From Squalus acanthias (taxonomy: Eukaryota), in the NCBI GenBank assembly GCA_030390025.1, contig CM059431.1, forward strand, positions 146,136,001-146,200,000: a stretch of 64,000 nucleotides of DNA. The letters run 5' to 3'. A program made the position numbers and the translations under genes. This document shows, piece by piece, positions 11,433-23,030 of this stretch; within the stretch, counting starts at the first letter, position 1; the number at the start of each line of letters is the position of its first letter. The notes beneath the pieces are model-generated. The model was given only the letters and a program-made list of their open reading frames with translations, was not told the origin of the DNA and did no database searches.

Positions 11433-11824
11433 GTAATAATATTAGAAGTTGGTTTTGATATTAGAAGAGATGTATGTTTCCTCATTTGTACAATGTCTGT
11501 TATATTCAGGGTAAGACTGTCCAGAGTGCAATAAATTCCTGTCCCCACTCTGCCCCCTGCCTCCCCCTCTCTCCCTACCTCTACCCGTGCCACACTGACC
11601 TAACCCCTGTGCCCACTGGACGCCCAATCCCTGGGCCAGTGGTGGGCCGGGGGACTGGGCCAGTGGGGAAAGACCGCAGACATGGTCTTCAGCCCCTGCC
11701 AGGAATTCTGTTCCCTCCCCGTCCCAATCCGTGTCTTTTATCACCTGGAGACTTGAATTTCCCAGTGCTCTCCCGGTCGGCTTTGATCCTTTCACCCTCC
11801 ATAAACCTTAAGTGCATCAAGGTC

Positions 11825-12140
11825 GTGCTCACCAATCACCCCTGTCCTTGTGAACCTACATTGGCTTCCGGTCCCCCAGCACCTCCAAATTAAAACACTC
11901 ATCCTCATTTAAACCCCTTCATGGTCTTGTCCCTTCCTGTCTCTGTAACCTCCTCCAGTCCTACACTCCCCCACCTCCAAGCTCTCTCTGTTCCTCCGAC
12001 TCTGATCTCTTGTGCATTTCACCCTCTCCTCATCCCAACGGTGGCGGCCGTGCCTTCGGCTGTCCCGGCTCTGAAATTCCATACTAAACCTCTCTACCTC
12101 CCTCTCCTCCTGTAAGAGCAGCCTAAAACCCACTTCTTCA
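11825..12140 (+). mobile_element. Degenerate L2-clade LINE 3' fragment
   Basis: Translates in pieces to SPITPVLVNLHWLPVPQ, GGRAFG and KSSLKTHFF, typical of the L2 ORF2 C-terminus. Confidence 0.65.
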
Positions 12141-12142
12141 AG

Positions 12143-15100
12143 AACATAAGAAATAGGAGCAGGAGGAGGCCATTTGGCCCTTCGAACCTGTACTGCCATT
12201 CAATAAGATCACGGCTAATCTATTACCTCATCTCCACTTTCCTGCACTATCCCCATATCCCTTGATTCCCTTAATATTCAGAAATCTATCGATCTCTGTC
12301 TTGAATATACTCAACGACAGAGCCTCCTCCACCATCTGAGTGAAGAAATTTCTCCTCATCTCAGTCCTAAATGGCTGACCCCTTATTCTGAGACTGTGAC
12401 CCCGGTTCAATTCTCCCCAGCCAGGGGTAACATTCTCCCTGCATCTACCCTATCAAACCCTGTAAGAATTTTGTATGTTTCAATGAGATCACCTCTCATT
12501 CTTCTAAACTCTGGAGAATATAGACCTAGTCTACTCAATCTGTCCTCGTAGGACAATCCCCCCCCGTCCCAGGAACCAGTCTGGTGAACCTTCGTTCCAC
12601 TCCCTCCAAGGGAGGAAATAGCAGAGGCTCTGACAATCATTTTCCAATCCTCTCTGGCTACAGGTGTGGTGCCAGAGGAGTGGAGAACTACTACCGTGGT
12701 ACCGTTGTTTAAAAAGGGATAGACCGAGTAGTTACAGGCCAGTCAGCCTAACCTCGGTGGTGGGAAAATTATTGGAAAATATTCTGAAGGACAGGATAAA
12801 TCTTCATTTAGAAAGACATGGATTAATCAAGGGCTGTCAGCATGGATTTGTTAAGTGGAGGTCTTGTCTGACTAACTTGATTGAATTTTTTGAGGAGGTA
12901 ACAAGGAGGGTCGATGAGGGTAGTGCATTTGATGGAGTGTATATGGATTTTAGCAAGGCTTTTGATAAGGTCCCACATGGCAGACTGGTCACGAAAGTAA
13001 AAGCCCATGGGATCCAAGGCCAAGTGTCACGTTGGATCCAAAATTGGCTCAGAGGCAGGAAGCAAAGGGTTATGGTCGATGGGTGTTTTTTGTGACTGGA
13101 AGGCTGTTTCCAGTGGGGTTCCGCAGGGCTCAGTACTCGGTCCTTTGCGTTTTGTGGTATATATCAATGATTTAGACTTGAATGTAGGGGGTATGATTAA
13201 GAAGTTTGCAGATGATACAAAAATTGGCAGTGCAGTGGATAATGAAGAAGGAAGCTGTAGACTGCAGGAAGATAATGAACTGGTCAGGTGGGCAAAACAG
13301 TGGCAAATGGAATTCAATCTGGAGAAGTGCGAGGTAATGCATTCGGGGAGGGCTAACAAGGCAAGGGAATACACAATAAATGGTAGGACACTGATAAGTG
13401 TAGGGGAACAGAGGGACCTTGGAGTGCATGTCCACAGATCCCTGAAGGTAGCAGGACAGGTAGATAAGGTGGTTAAGAAAGCATACGGGATACTTGCCTT
13501 TATTAGCAGAGGCATAGAATATAAGAGCAGGGAGGTTATGCTTGAACTGTATAAAATGCTAGTTAGGCCTCAGCTGGACTACTGCGTGCAGTTCTGGTCA
13601 CCACATTACAGAAAAGATGTGATTGCGCTAGAGAGGGTATAGAGGAGATTTACGAGGATGTTTCCTGGACTGGAGAATTTTAGCTATGTGGAAAGATTTG
13701 GAGAGGTTGGGGTTGTATTCTTTGAGGGGCCTAGATAGGGTGGATAGAAAGGAACTATTTCCCTTAGCAGAAGGGTCATTAACCAAGGGGCATAGATTTA
13801 AAGTAATTGGTCAGATGATTTGAGGAGAATTCTTTTCACGCAGAGGGTGGTGGGGGTCTGGAACTCACTGCCTGAAAGGGTGGAAGAGGCAGAGACCCTC
13901 GTCACATTTAAAAAGTACTTGGATATGCACTTGAAGTGCTGTAACCTACAAGGCTACGGACCAAGTGCTGGAAAGTGGGATTAGGGTGGATAGCTCTTTG
14001 TCAGCTGGCACGGACAAGATGGGCCGAATGGCCTCCTTCTGTGCTGTAAATTTCTATGATTCTATGGCAAGTATATCCTTCCTTGGGTAAGGAGACCTAA
14101 ACTGTAAACAATACTCCCGGTGTAGTCTCACCAGGGCCCTATATAATTGTAATAAGACGCCTTTACTCTTATAATCAAATCCTCTTGTGATAAAGGCCAA
14201 CATACCATTTGCTTTCCTAATTGCTTGTTGCACCTGCATGTTAACTTTCAGTGATTCGTGTACAAGGACACCCAGGTCCCTCTGAACACCAATATTTGCC
14301 AATCTCTCTCCATTTAAAAATACTCTGCTTTTCTATTTTTCCTACCAAAGTGGCTAACTTTTCATTTCTCCACGTTATATTCCATTTGCCATGTTCTTGC
14401 CCACTCACTTAACCTGTCTATTTCACCTTGAGGCCTCCTTGCATCCTCCTCACAAATTACATTCCCACCCAGCTTTGTATCATCAGCAAACTTGGATATA
14501 TTACTTTTGGTCGACTCATCCAAATCATTGATGTAGATTATGAATAGCTGAGGCCCAAGCACTGATTCTTGCGGTGCCCCACTAGTTACAGCCTGCCAAC
14601 CTGAAAATGACCCGTTCATTCCTACTCTGTTTTCTGTCAGTTAACCAATCCTCAATCCATGCTAGTATGTTACCCCCATTCCCATGAGCCCTAATTTTGT
14701 TTAATAACCTCTTATGTGGCACCTTCTTGAATGCCTTCTGAAAATCCAAATACCCCACATCCACTGGTTCCCCCTTATCTATTGTTAGTTACAACCTCAA
14801 AACCCTCTAACAGATTTGTAAAACACAAATTCCATTTCAGAAATCCGTGTTGACTCTGCCCAATCCTATTATTATTTTCTAAGTGCTCTGTTACCACGTC
14901 CTTAATAATAGATTCTAGCATTTTCCCTGCTTCTGATGTCAGGTTAACAGGTCTGTAATTCCCCGTTTTCTCTCTCCCTCCTTTCTTAAATTGTGGGGTT
15001 ACATTTGCTACCTTCCAATCCACGGGAACTGTTGTAGAATCTGGAATTTTAGAAAATGACAACCAATGCATCTACTATCTCTCTTTTTCCTACCAAAGTG

Positions 15101-15360
15101 GATAACTTTTCATTTCTCCACGTTATATTCCATTTGCCATGTTCTTGCCCACTCACTTAACCTGTCTATTTCACCGTGAAGCCTCTTTGCATCCTCCTCA
15201 CAACTTACATTCTCTTTCAAAACCCTAGGATGTAGACCATCAGGTCCAGGGGATTGATTGGCTTTCAGTCCCATTAATTTCTCCAGTACTATTTTTTTAC
15301 TTATACTCATTTCTTTCAGTTCCTCATTCTCGCTAGACCCTTGGTTCTCCACTATTTCCG
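12143..15360 (-). mobile_element. CR1 LINE fragment split by a nested plus-strand CR1
   Basis: The 3' part 12143-12611 (tail AACATAAGAA) rejoins 14067-15360 seamlessly (…CTCCCTCCAAGG / CAAGTATATCC…). RT motifs in ORFs 14054-15352. Confidence 0.85.
12612..14066 (+). mobile_element. Nested CR1 LINE 3' half (RT to tail)
   Basis: ORFs 12664-13095 and 13007-13642; tail TTTCTATGATTCTATG. Confidence 0.92.
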
Positions 15361-16360
15361 GGAATTTTTGTATCTCTTGCCCAAAACCTTAAATCTGTGT
15401 CCCCTAGTCCTTGTACCATCCATTAGTGGGAACAGCCTTTCCCTGTCTAGCCTATCCAAACCCATCATCACCTTGTACACCTCTATCACATCACCCCTCA
15501 ACCTCCTTTGCTCTAATGAAAACAATTCCAGCTTCTCCAACCTGTCCTTGAAGCTAATATATTGCCCTCAACCCCATGAGCCCTTATCTTGCGTAGCAAA
15601 CTTATATATGGCACCTTATCAAATGCCTTTTGAAATCCAAATATATTACATCCACCGGTTCCCCTTTATCTACCCAGCTAGTTGCATCCTCAAAAAACAC
15701 TAATAAGTTGTTTAAGCATGATTTCTCTTTCGTAAAACCATGTTGACTCTGCCTGATCATATTATGATTTTCTAAGTGCCCTCTTACCACTCCCTTAATA
15801 ATGGATTCCAGCATTTTCCTGACGTCGGGCTCACTGGCCTGTAGTTCCCTGCTTTCTCTCTTTCCCCCTTTCTTGAATAGTGGGGTTACATTTTCTACCT
15901 TCCAATCTGCTGGGGCTGTTCCAGAATCTAGGGAATTTTGGAAGATCACAACCAATGCATCCACTCTCTCTGCAGCCACCTCTTTTAGAACCCTAGGATG
16001 TAGGTCGTCCGGTCCAGGGGATGTGTTGGCTTTTAGTCCCATTAGTTTCTCAAGTACTTTTTTTCTCTACTGATATTAATTACTTTAAGTTCCTTACTCT
16101 CATTAGACCCTTGGTTCCCTGCTATTTGTGTCTTCTACTGTGAAGACAGTTACAAAATATTTGTTTAAATTCTCTGCCATTTCCTTATTCCCCATTATAA
16201 TTTCTCCTGTCTCAGCCTCTAAGGGACCAATGCTTAATTTTGCTACTCTCTTCATGTTTACATACTTTTAGAAGCTCCTGCAATTTTTTAATGTATCTTG
16301 CTAGTATACTCTCATTCTATTTTCTCCCTTTTTATCAATATTTGGTCATCTTTTGCTGGT
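15361..16360 (-). mobile_element. Two further CR1 fragments (15361-15555 and 15565-16360)
   Basis: LFSLEQRRLRGDVIEVYK; SPGPDDLHPRVLKE, QHGF and YLDF. Confidence 0.85.
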
Positions 16361-16489
16361 TAACAGAATTAAACTTCCAAATGCAATTTCACACGCTACA
16401 AGTCTGCTTCTGTAAATAGCATTCAAGTACATTTATCGTTTATTACACGCTTAGGAACAAAGAGTCCGAGGTCGATACCATCAGAAACT

Positions 16490-17115
16490 TGGAATCATAC
16501 AGCACAGAATGAGGCCATTCTGCACAACGTGCCTGTACCGGCTCTTTGAAAGAGCAATCCAATGTGTCCCACTCCCCTGCTCTGTCCCCAGAGCACTGCT
16601 AATGTTCTCCCCAGAGCACTGCTAATGTTCTCCCCTTCGTGTATTTAACTAATTCAGTTTTAAAAGTTACTATTGCCTCTGCTCCCACCACTCTTTCAGA
16701 CAGTGCATTCCAGATCATAATAACACGATGCCTAAAAACAATCTCCTCATCTCACCTGTGGCTCTTTTGTCAATTACATTCAATCTGTGTCCTCTGTTTA
16801 CTGACCCTTCTGTCAGTGGATACAGTTGCTGCTTATTTACTCTATGGAAACACCTTCATGATTTTGAACACCTCAATTAAATCTCCCATTAACGTTTTCT
16901 GCTCTAAACAGAACAATTCCAGCTCCTCTAGTGTTTCCATGTAGCTGAAGTCCCTCATCTCTGTTACCATTCTAGTAAATCTCCTCTGCACCCTCTCCAA
17001 GGCCTTGAAAGCCTTCCTAAAGTTTGGTGCCCAGAATTGGACACACTGGTCCGGCTGAGGCCTAACCAGTGTGTGATAATGGTTGAGCATAATTCCATTG
17101 TGTTTGTACTCTATG
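16490..17115 (-). mobile_element. Degenerate CR1 3' end
   Basis: ORF 16842-17120 LVRPQPDQCVQFWAP..ERVQRRFTRM. Confidence 0.8.
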
Positions 17116-17908
17116 GGCAAAACTGTGGCAGATGGAGTTCAATGTGGGAAAGTGTGAGGTAATTCACTTTGGACCTAAAAAGAGATCAGAGTATTTTCTA
17201 AATAGTGAGAAGCTGGGAACCGTGGATGAGCAGAGAGAATTAGAGGTCCAAGTATAGACATTACTAGAAGCTAGTGGAATAAGTTAAAGGCTAATGAAAT
17301 GTTAGGCTTTATCTCGGGAGGGCTGGAATACAAAAGTTATGGTACAGCTGTACAGAGCTCTGGTTTGAACCGATTTCGAGTATTGTGTTACATTCTGGGC
17401 ACTGCACCTCAGGAAGGATATCTTGGATTTGGTGGTGATGCAGCTCAGAGTTAAGAGTTAAATTATGAAGACTGATTGCATAGACGAAGCTTGTATTCCC
17501 TTGAATATAAACTATTAAGGGGTGATCTAATTGAGGTATTTAAGATGATCAAAGGAATTGATACGATAAAGAGAGAGAAACTGTTTCTTCTGATGGAGGA
17601 GGCCAGTACAAGGGGGCATAACATTAAAAGCAGAGCTAGGCCGTTCATGGTGATGTTAGAAAGCATTTCTTCACACAAAGGGTAGTGGAAATCTGGAACA
17701 CTCGCACTCAACAGCTGTTGAGGCTGGGGGTCAATTGAAAATTTCCGAACTGAGTTTGATAGATTTTTGTTCGGCAATGGTATTTAGGCTTATGGAACCA
17801 AGGCGGGTAAAGGGAGTTAAGATAAAGATCAGCCATGATTGAATTGTACGGCAGAACAGGCTCGAGCCAATGAATAGCCTACTGTTCCTACGTTCCTATA
17901 TTCCTATG
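17116..17908 (+). mobile_element. Degenerate CR1 3' end nested in the preceding element
   Basis: WQMEFNVGKCEVIHFG; LYSLEYKLLRGDLIEVFK; tail TTCCTATATTCCTATG. Confidence 0.8.
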
Positions 17909-17925
17909 TCTCTGTTTATAAAAAT

Positions 17926-18206
17926 GAGAAGTCGCACAACACCAGGTTATAGTCCAACAGTTTTATTTGAAATCACAAGCTTTCGGAGCTATCGATCGCC
18001 CCTTCCTCAGGTGAAGTAAAGAGATACAGAATCGCCAAAGCATATATAGATAGAGAACAATGCATGTGTTACTTACAAAAGCAGACGACTATATTTAAAT
18101 CACCCTGACTGTTTATCTGCCGAGGTGTGACAAAAGGCAATCAGGGTGATTTAAATATAGTCGTCTGCTTTTGTAAGTAACACATGCATTGTTCTCTATC
18201 TATATA
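17926..18206. mobile_element. Penelope-type terminal fragment with internal 66-bp inverted repeat
   Basis: Same family as 19085 and 52385; arms 18043-18108 and 18141-18206 with a 32-nt loop. Confidence 0.75.
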
Positions 18207-18404
18207 GAGGGCCGAAATACCTCCTTCTGAGCTGTATCATACTATGAGTCTATGATGCAGCCTCGCCTAGTCAATGAAGGTGCATGATGAGGCGATCTCA
18301 GCACAGAGATTTCAATCCACCGGCAAATCCCAAGAAGCAGATATTGAAACAATCCAATCTGCCTCTGGCGCTACAGTAATCGGTTACTATGCACCAGAAG
18401 CATC

Positions 18405-18928
18405 ATCCTTATCTGAGGAAGGATGTTCTTGCCATGGAGGGAGTGCAGTGAAGATTCACCAGACTGATACCTGGGATGGCAGGAATGACATCTGAGGAGA
18501 GATTGGGTCAATTAGGCTTATATTCGCTAGAGTTTAGAAGAATGAGAGGGGATCTCATTGAAACTTATAAAATTCTAACAGGACTAGACAGAGTAGATGC
18601 AGGAAGGATGTTCCCAATGGCGGGTGAGTCCAGAACCAGGGGTCACAGTCTAAAGATAAGGGGTAAGCCATTTAGGACAGAGATGAGGAGGAATTTCTTC
18701 ACCCAGAGTGGTGAACCTGTGGAATTCTCTACCACACAAGGCAGTTGAGGCCAATTCATTAAATATATTCAAGAAGGAGTTTGATATATTTCTTAAGGCT
18801 AAAGGGATATGGGTAGAAAGCAGGGACAGGGTACTGAATTTGGATGATCAGCCATGATCTCATTAAATGGCGGAACAGGCTCGAGGGGCCGAATGGCCTA
18901 GTCCTGCTCCTATCTTCTATGTTTCTAT
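18405..18928 (+). mobile_element. CR1 3' end
   Basis: LGLYSLEFRRMRGDLIETYK, MRRNFFTQ; tail CTATCTTCTATGTTTCTAT. Confidence 0.9.
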
Positions 18929-19084
18929 AGGTTCAATATTGGCCTACAATATAAGTGTGGATAGAAAGACGAAAGTTAACCCATTGCTGGAGCTTTGCTA
19001 TCTGCGGTCGGAGAACTAAGACAGGAAGCGCACGAGGATCAGTTTTATGGGATGGACAATGGAGGCCATGACATGGAAAAGAAT

Positions 19085-19409
19085 TGAGAGGTCGCACAAC
19101 ACCAGGTTATAGTCCAACAGTTTTATTTTAAATCACAAGCTTTCGGAGTTACAACTCCTTCGTCGGGTGAAGTGAGGAGATACAGAATCGTCAAAGCATA
19201 TATAGATAGAGAACAATGCATGTGTAACTTACACATGCATTGTTCTCTATCTATATATGCTTTGACGATTCTGTATCTCCTCACTTCACCCGACGAAGGA
19301 GTTGTAACTCCGAAAGCTTGTGATTTAAAATAAAACTGTTGGACTATAACCTGGTGTTGTGCGACCTCTCAGTTTTGTCCACCCCAGTCCAACACCGGCA
19401 TCTCCGCAT
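19085..19409. mobile_element. Penelope-type insertion forming a perfect 287-bp palindrome
   Basis: Arms 19085-19227 and 19229-19371 around a single C; TSD CATGG(A/G)AAAGAAT at 19072-19084 and 19410-19422. Confidence 0.85.
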
Positions 19410-19769
19410 CATGGGAAAGAATGCCAGATGAGACCATATCGAATGCTGTGGGAAGGTGAATGATGGACAAGGAAGGGTTACACACCATGGTCGCAGTCAC
19501 AGAGATTGTAGTTTGTGACTGTTCAGGGCAGATTAGAGTTGCATCGAAACTGCAGCAGAGAAACAGTCCATTCGGCCCAAGTGGTCTGTGCTGTGTTTAT
19601 ACTGCACGGGAAACCTCCTCCCACTCTAATTACATCTTGACACCGTGTCCACATATACGTTCGAGGGCATTAGACTAGTGACACCAATATTAACTAACAT
19701 TCAGAACGCCGGAGATCCCATCCTCCTGGAATGAATTGAGCGAGTTTGTCGCACTTCACTTCAGAAAAA

Positions 19770-21770
19770 AATGAGGTCATTCACGTTGGACCTAAAAAGG
19801 ATAGATCAGAGAATCTTCTAAATGGTTCGAAGATATAAACTATGGATGAGCAGAGAGAACTCGGGGTCCAAGTACAGAAATCAATAGATGCTTGTTGATG
19901 GGTACCAAAAATAAGTAAAATGCTAATGGATTGTTGGGCTTTATCTCGAGGGCTGGAATACAAAGGGGTAGAAGTTCTGTTCCAGCTGTACAGAGCTCTG
20001 GTTAGACCCATTTAGTGAACCGCACCTCGGCAACAATATCTTGGCTTTGGAGGTGGTGCAGCTCAGATTCACCAGAACGATACTGGGGCTAAAAGCTTTA
20101 AATTATGAGGATAGATTGCATTGACAAAGCTTTTATTTTCTTGATTATACAAGATTAAGGGGTGATCTAATTGAGGTGTTTAAGATGATCAAAGGAATTG
20201 CTAGCATAGAAAGTTAAACTATGTCCTTTGGTGGACTAGTCCAGAAAAAGGGGGCATAACCTTAACCGCAGAGCGAGGCCGTTCAGGGGTGATGTTAGAA
20301 AGCACTTCTTCAGACACAGTGTAGTGGAAATCTGGAACACTCGCCCTCAAAAAGCTGTTGAGTTTCAGTCAATTAAAATGACAAGACTGTCATTGATAGA
20401 TTTGTGTTAGGCAATGGTATTTAGGGTTATGGAACCAAGGCAGGGAGATGGAGTTAAGATACAGCTCAGCCATGATCGAATTGAGTGGAGGAACAAGCTG
20501 GAATGAATGAGTGGCCTACTCCTGTTCCTGTGCCTCAATTTATAAAGCCACTGTTCCCATATATGTTTCTAAAAGCCTTATCGTCCTGTCCTGCCACCGT
20601 CAAAGATTTCTGTATGTATACCCCAAGTTTTACTGTTCCAGCAACCCCTTTAAATTGTACAAGTTGATTTAAATTGCATCGCCTCATTCTTCCTTCCAAA
20701 ATGCAGCTTTTCACACATCTCTGCATTAAGTTTCACCTGCCATGTGTCTGCCATTTCACCAGTGTCTCTATTTCCTCCTGAAGTCTTCTGCTATCCTCCT
20801 CACGGTTTACGACTTTTCTGAGATTCGTGTCATCGACAAACTTTTAAATTATGCCCTGTATACCTAAGTCCACGTCACTGAAATATATCAAAAAGAGCAG
20901 TGGTCCTAATACCGAGCCCTGGGGTCACCACTGTACACTTCCCTCCAGTGTGAACAATATCGGTTCACAACTACTGTCTGTTTTCTGTCCTTTCGCCAAT
21001 TTAGTATCCACGCTGCCACTGCTCCTTTAATATCATTGGCTTCAATTTTGTTAACCAGTCTATTATGCGATATTTTATCAAACGCCTTCTGTAAGTCCAT
21101 ATACAGAACATCAACTGCACTACCCGCATCAACCCTCTCCTATTTCATCGATTAGCTCATTCAAGTCAGCCAGATTTGATTTGCCTTAAAAAAAAATAAA
21201 AGTAAAAAAAAAATAAAAAAAAAAAAATCCATTTTGACTGTCGCTAATTAACCCATGTTCTTCCAAGTGACAGTTAATTTTGTTTTGGAAATTGTGTCCC
21301 GAGGAGTTTTCTCAACACCGATGTTAAGCTGAGTCGCCTGTAGTTATTTGGTTCATCACTCTCTCCTTTTTTGAACAGGGAAGTAACGTTAGCAACCCTC
21401 CAGTCCTCTGGCACCTTTCCCATATCCAAGGATTGGAAGATTGTGGCAGAGCGGGTGAATTTTCAACTTTGAGCTCTGTCAACCGTATTAGTACATCGTC
21501 CTAATCTATTATATCCTCTCCAATTTCTCTACCACCTCCTCATTTACTGTACAATTGGCAGCATCCTCTGCTTTAGTGAATACGGATACAAAGTGTTAAT
21601 TTAGTACCTCAGCCATGTCCTCTGCTTCCACAAGATGATTGCCTTTTTGGTCATTAATCAGCCCCACCTTTCCTTGGACTATCCTTTCACGATTTATATG
21701 TTTATAAAAGGCATTATAGTTCCCTATTATGTTACCACTAATCATTTCTCATACATTCTCCTTGCCCCTC
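19770..21770. mobile_element. Degenerate CR1 3' end (+, 19770-20532) abutting degenerate CR1 RT (-, 20533-21770)
   Basis: The plus part resembles 17150-17908; the minus part has MDLQKAFDKISH (ORF 20906-21100). Confidence 0.75.
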
Positions 21771-22177
21771 TGTTGCTTTTGTGTGTTTATTACGCTAGTC
21801 GCAGCGTTAGTGAAACAGCAAAGTGCTGAAATTTACAAAGTCTCAAACTGGTACTGAATTAACTAAATCGCTTTTACATTTCCACAGTGGGGAAAGGAAA
21901 GGCCGCTGATTGATAGTTTCAATGGACGCACATGCGCGGGCACACACGCAAATGGAGAATAATGATTGTAAAACAGCAGTCAAATCTACCACTTGTATAT
22001 GCACGGTGTTTTCTGAGATCCCAGAGCTAACAGCTGCTGTATTGATGGAGGAGGAGGGATTGATATCATGTTTAACAAGGCAACGTTCTCCTTCTCATTT
22101 TAATATTTCCCTCGAACCCTCCTATTAATATTATATTTGTTACAGAGCATCAGAGCCTGGGAACTCCTGTCACCACC

Positions 22178-22241
22178 ATGGCTGAAGGTCCAGACAGGGG
22201 AGAAGATCCAACATCTTCAAAAAGAATGAGATTGGACACAG
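22178..22241 (+). pseudogene. NLR first coding exon
   Basis: Acceptor TTACAG at 22145, Kozak CCACCATGG, MAEGPDRGEDPTSSKRMRLDT, donor G/GTAGG. Phase 1 fits the next exon. Confidence 0.7.
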
Positions 22242-22299
22242 GTAGGCTCACAAAACTCTTCAAAATACAATTTCTGTCCTGACAAAAGGTCCAGATCTA

Positions 22300-23030
22300 G
22301 TGCTTGAACCTGCAGCTCACACAGGTCGAGGGAACAGGACAGGGGCTGAGTACAAAGAGGGAAGTGAGTGACAATCTAGAGGGACACTGCAGTCACAGGT
22401 GGAGGAAGACCCTGAGTACTGGAACTGTTCAATGGATACCTGGTATTGGGGATTGTAAGGTGGATAAAGACAGTGACTCAGAGGAGGGTCTTCCTGAATA
22501 ACAGTGTGACTCCAGAGAGCAGGAGGTCACCCAGCGGGGCGAGAGTGAGAGGCAGGTGGGGCACAGGAATAGGAGAGCGATACTGGTGGCAGATTGTATA
22601 GTCGGGGGAATAAACAACCTCTTCTGCAGCCCTGAGCAGGCCCCGAATGGTTAGTTACCTCCCTGGTGCCAGAGGGTAGAACATCCTTGACTGGGTGGGA
22701 CCACCTCTGGGAAGGAAAGGAGAGCAGAAAATAGCCATGGTCAGAGCCAGTAACACGGATAGAAATATGTTTATAGAGAGACTATTAAGACTGAGGCACT
22801 AAACTAAGAAACCAGGCCTCAAGCTGTTGATCTCCGGATTGATTTGCACTGGGTTGCTTAAGGTGGGAAATATGAGGCTGGTTAATTTGCGGTTGGAGCA
22901 GGAGGGAAGGGTTCACGTTCTTGGGGCGCTAGAGTGAGTTCAGGGAGAAGGGAAGGGACGGCTGCGACCTGTACCGACCAACAATAATGGTTTTACAGAA
23001 AAGATGAATGGAGCAGTGGGAGGGTATCAG
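22300..23030 (+). mobile_element. Very degenerate CR1 ORF1 (SGNH esterase-like) remnant
   Basis: ILVADCIVGGINNLFCS and MVSYLPGA resemble the GDSIVRGADRRFCG..MVCHLPGA motif of the ORF1 at 53496-53678. Confidence 0.5.
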
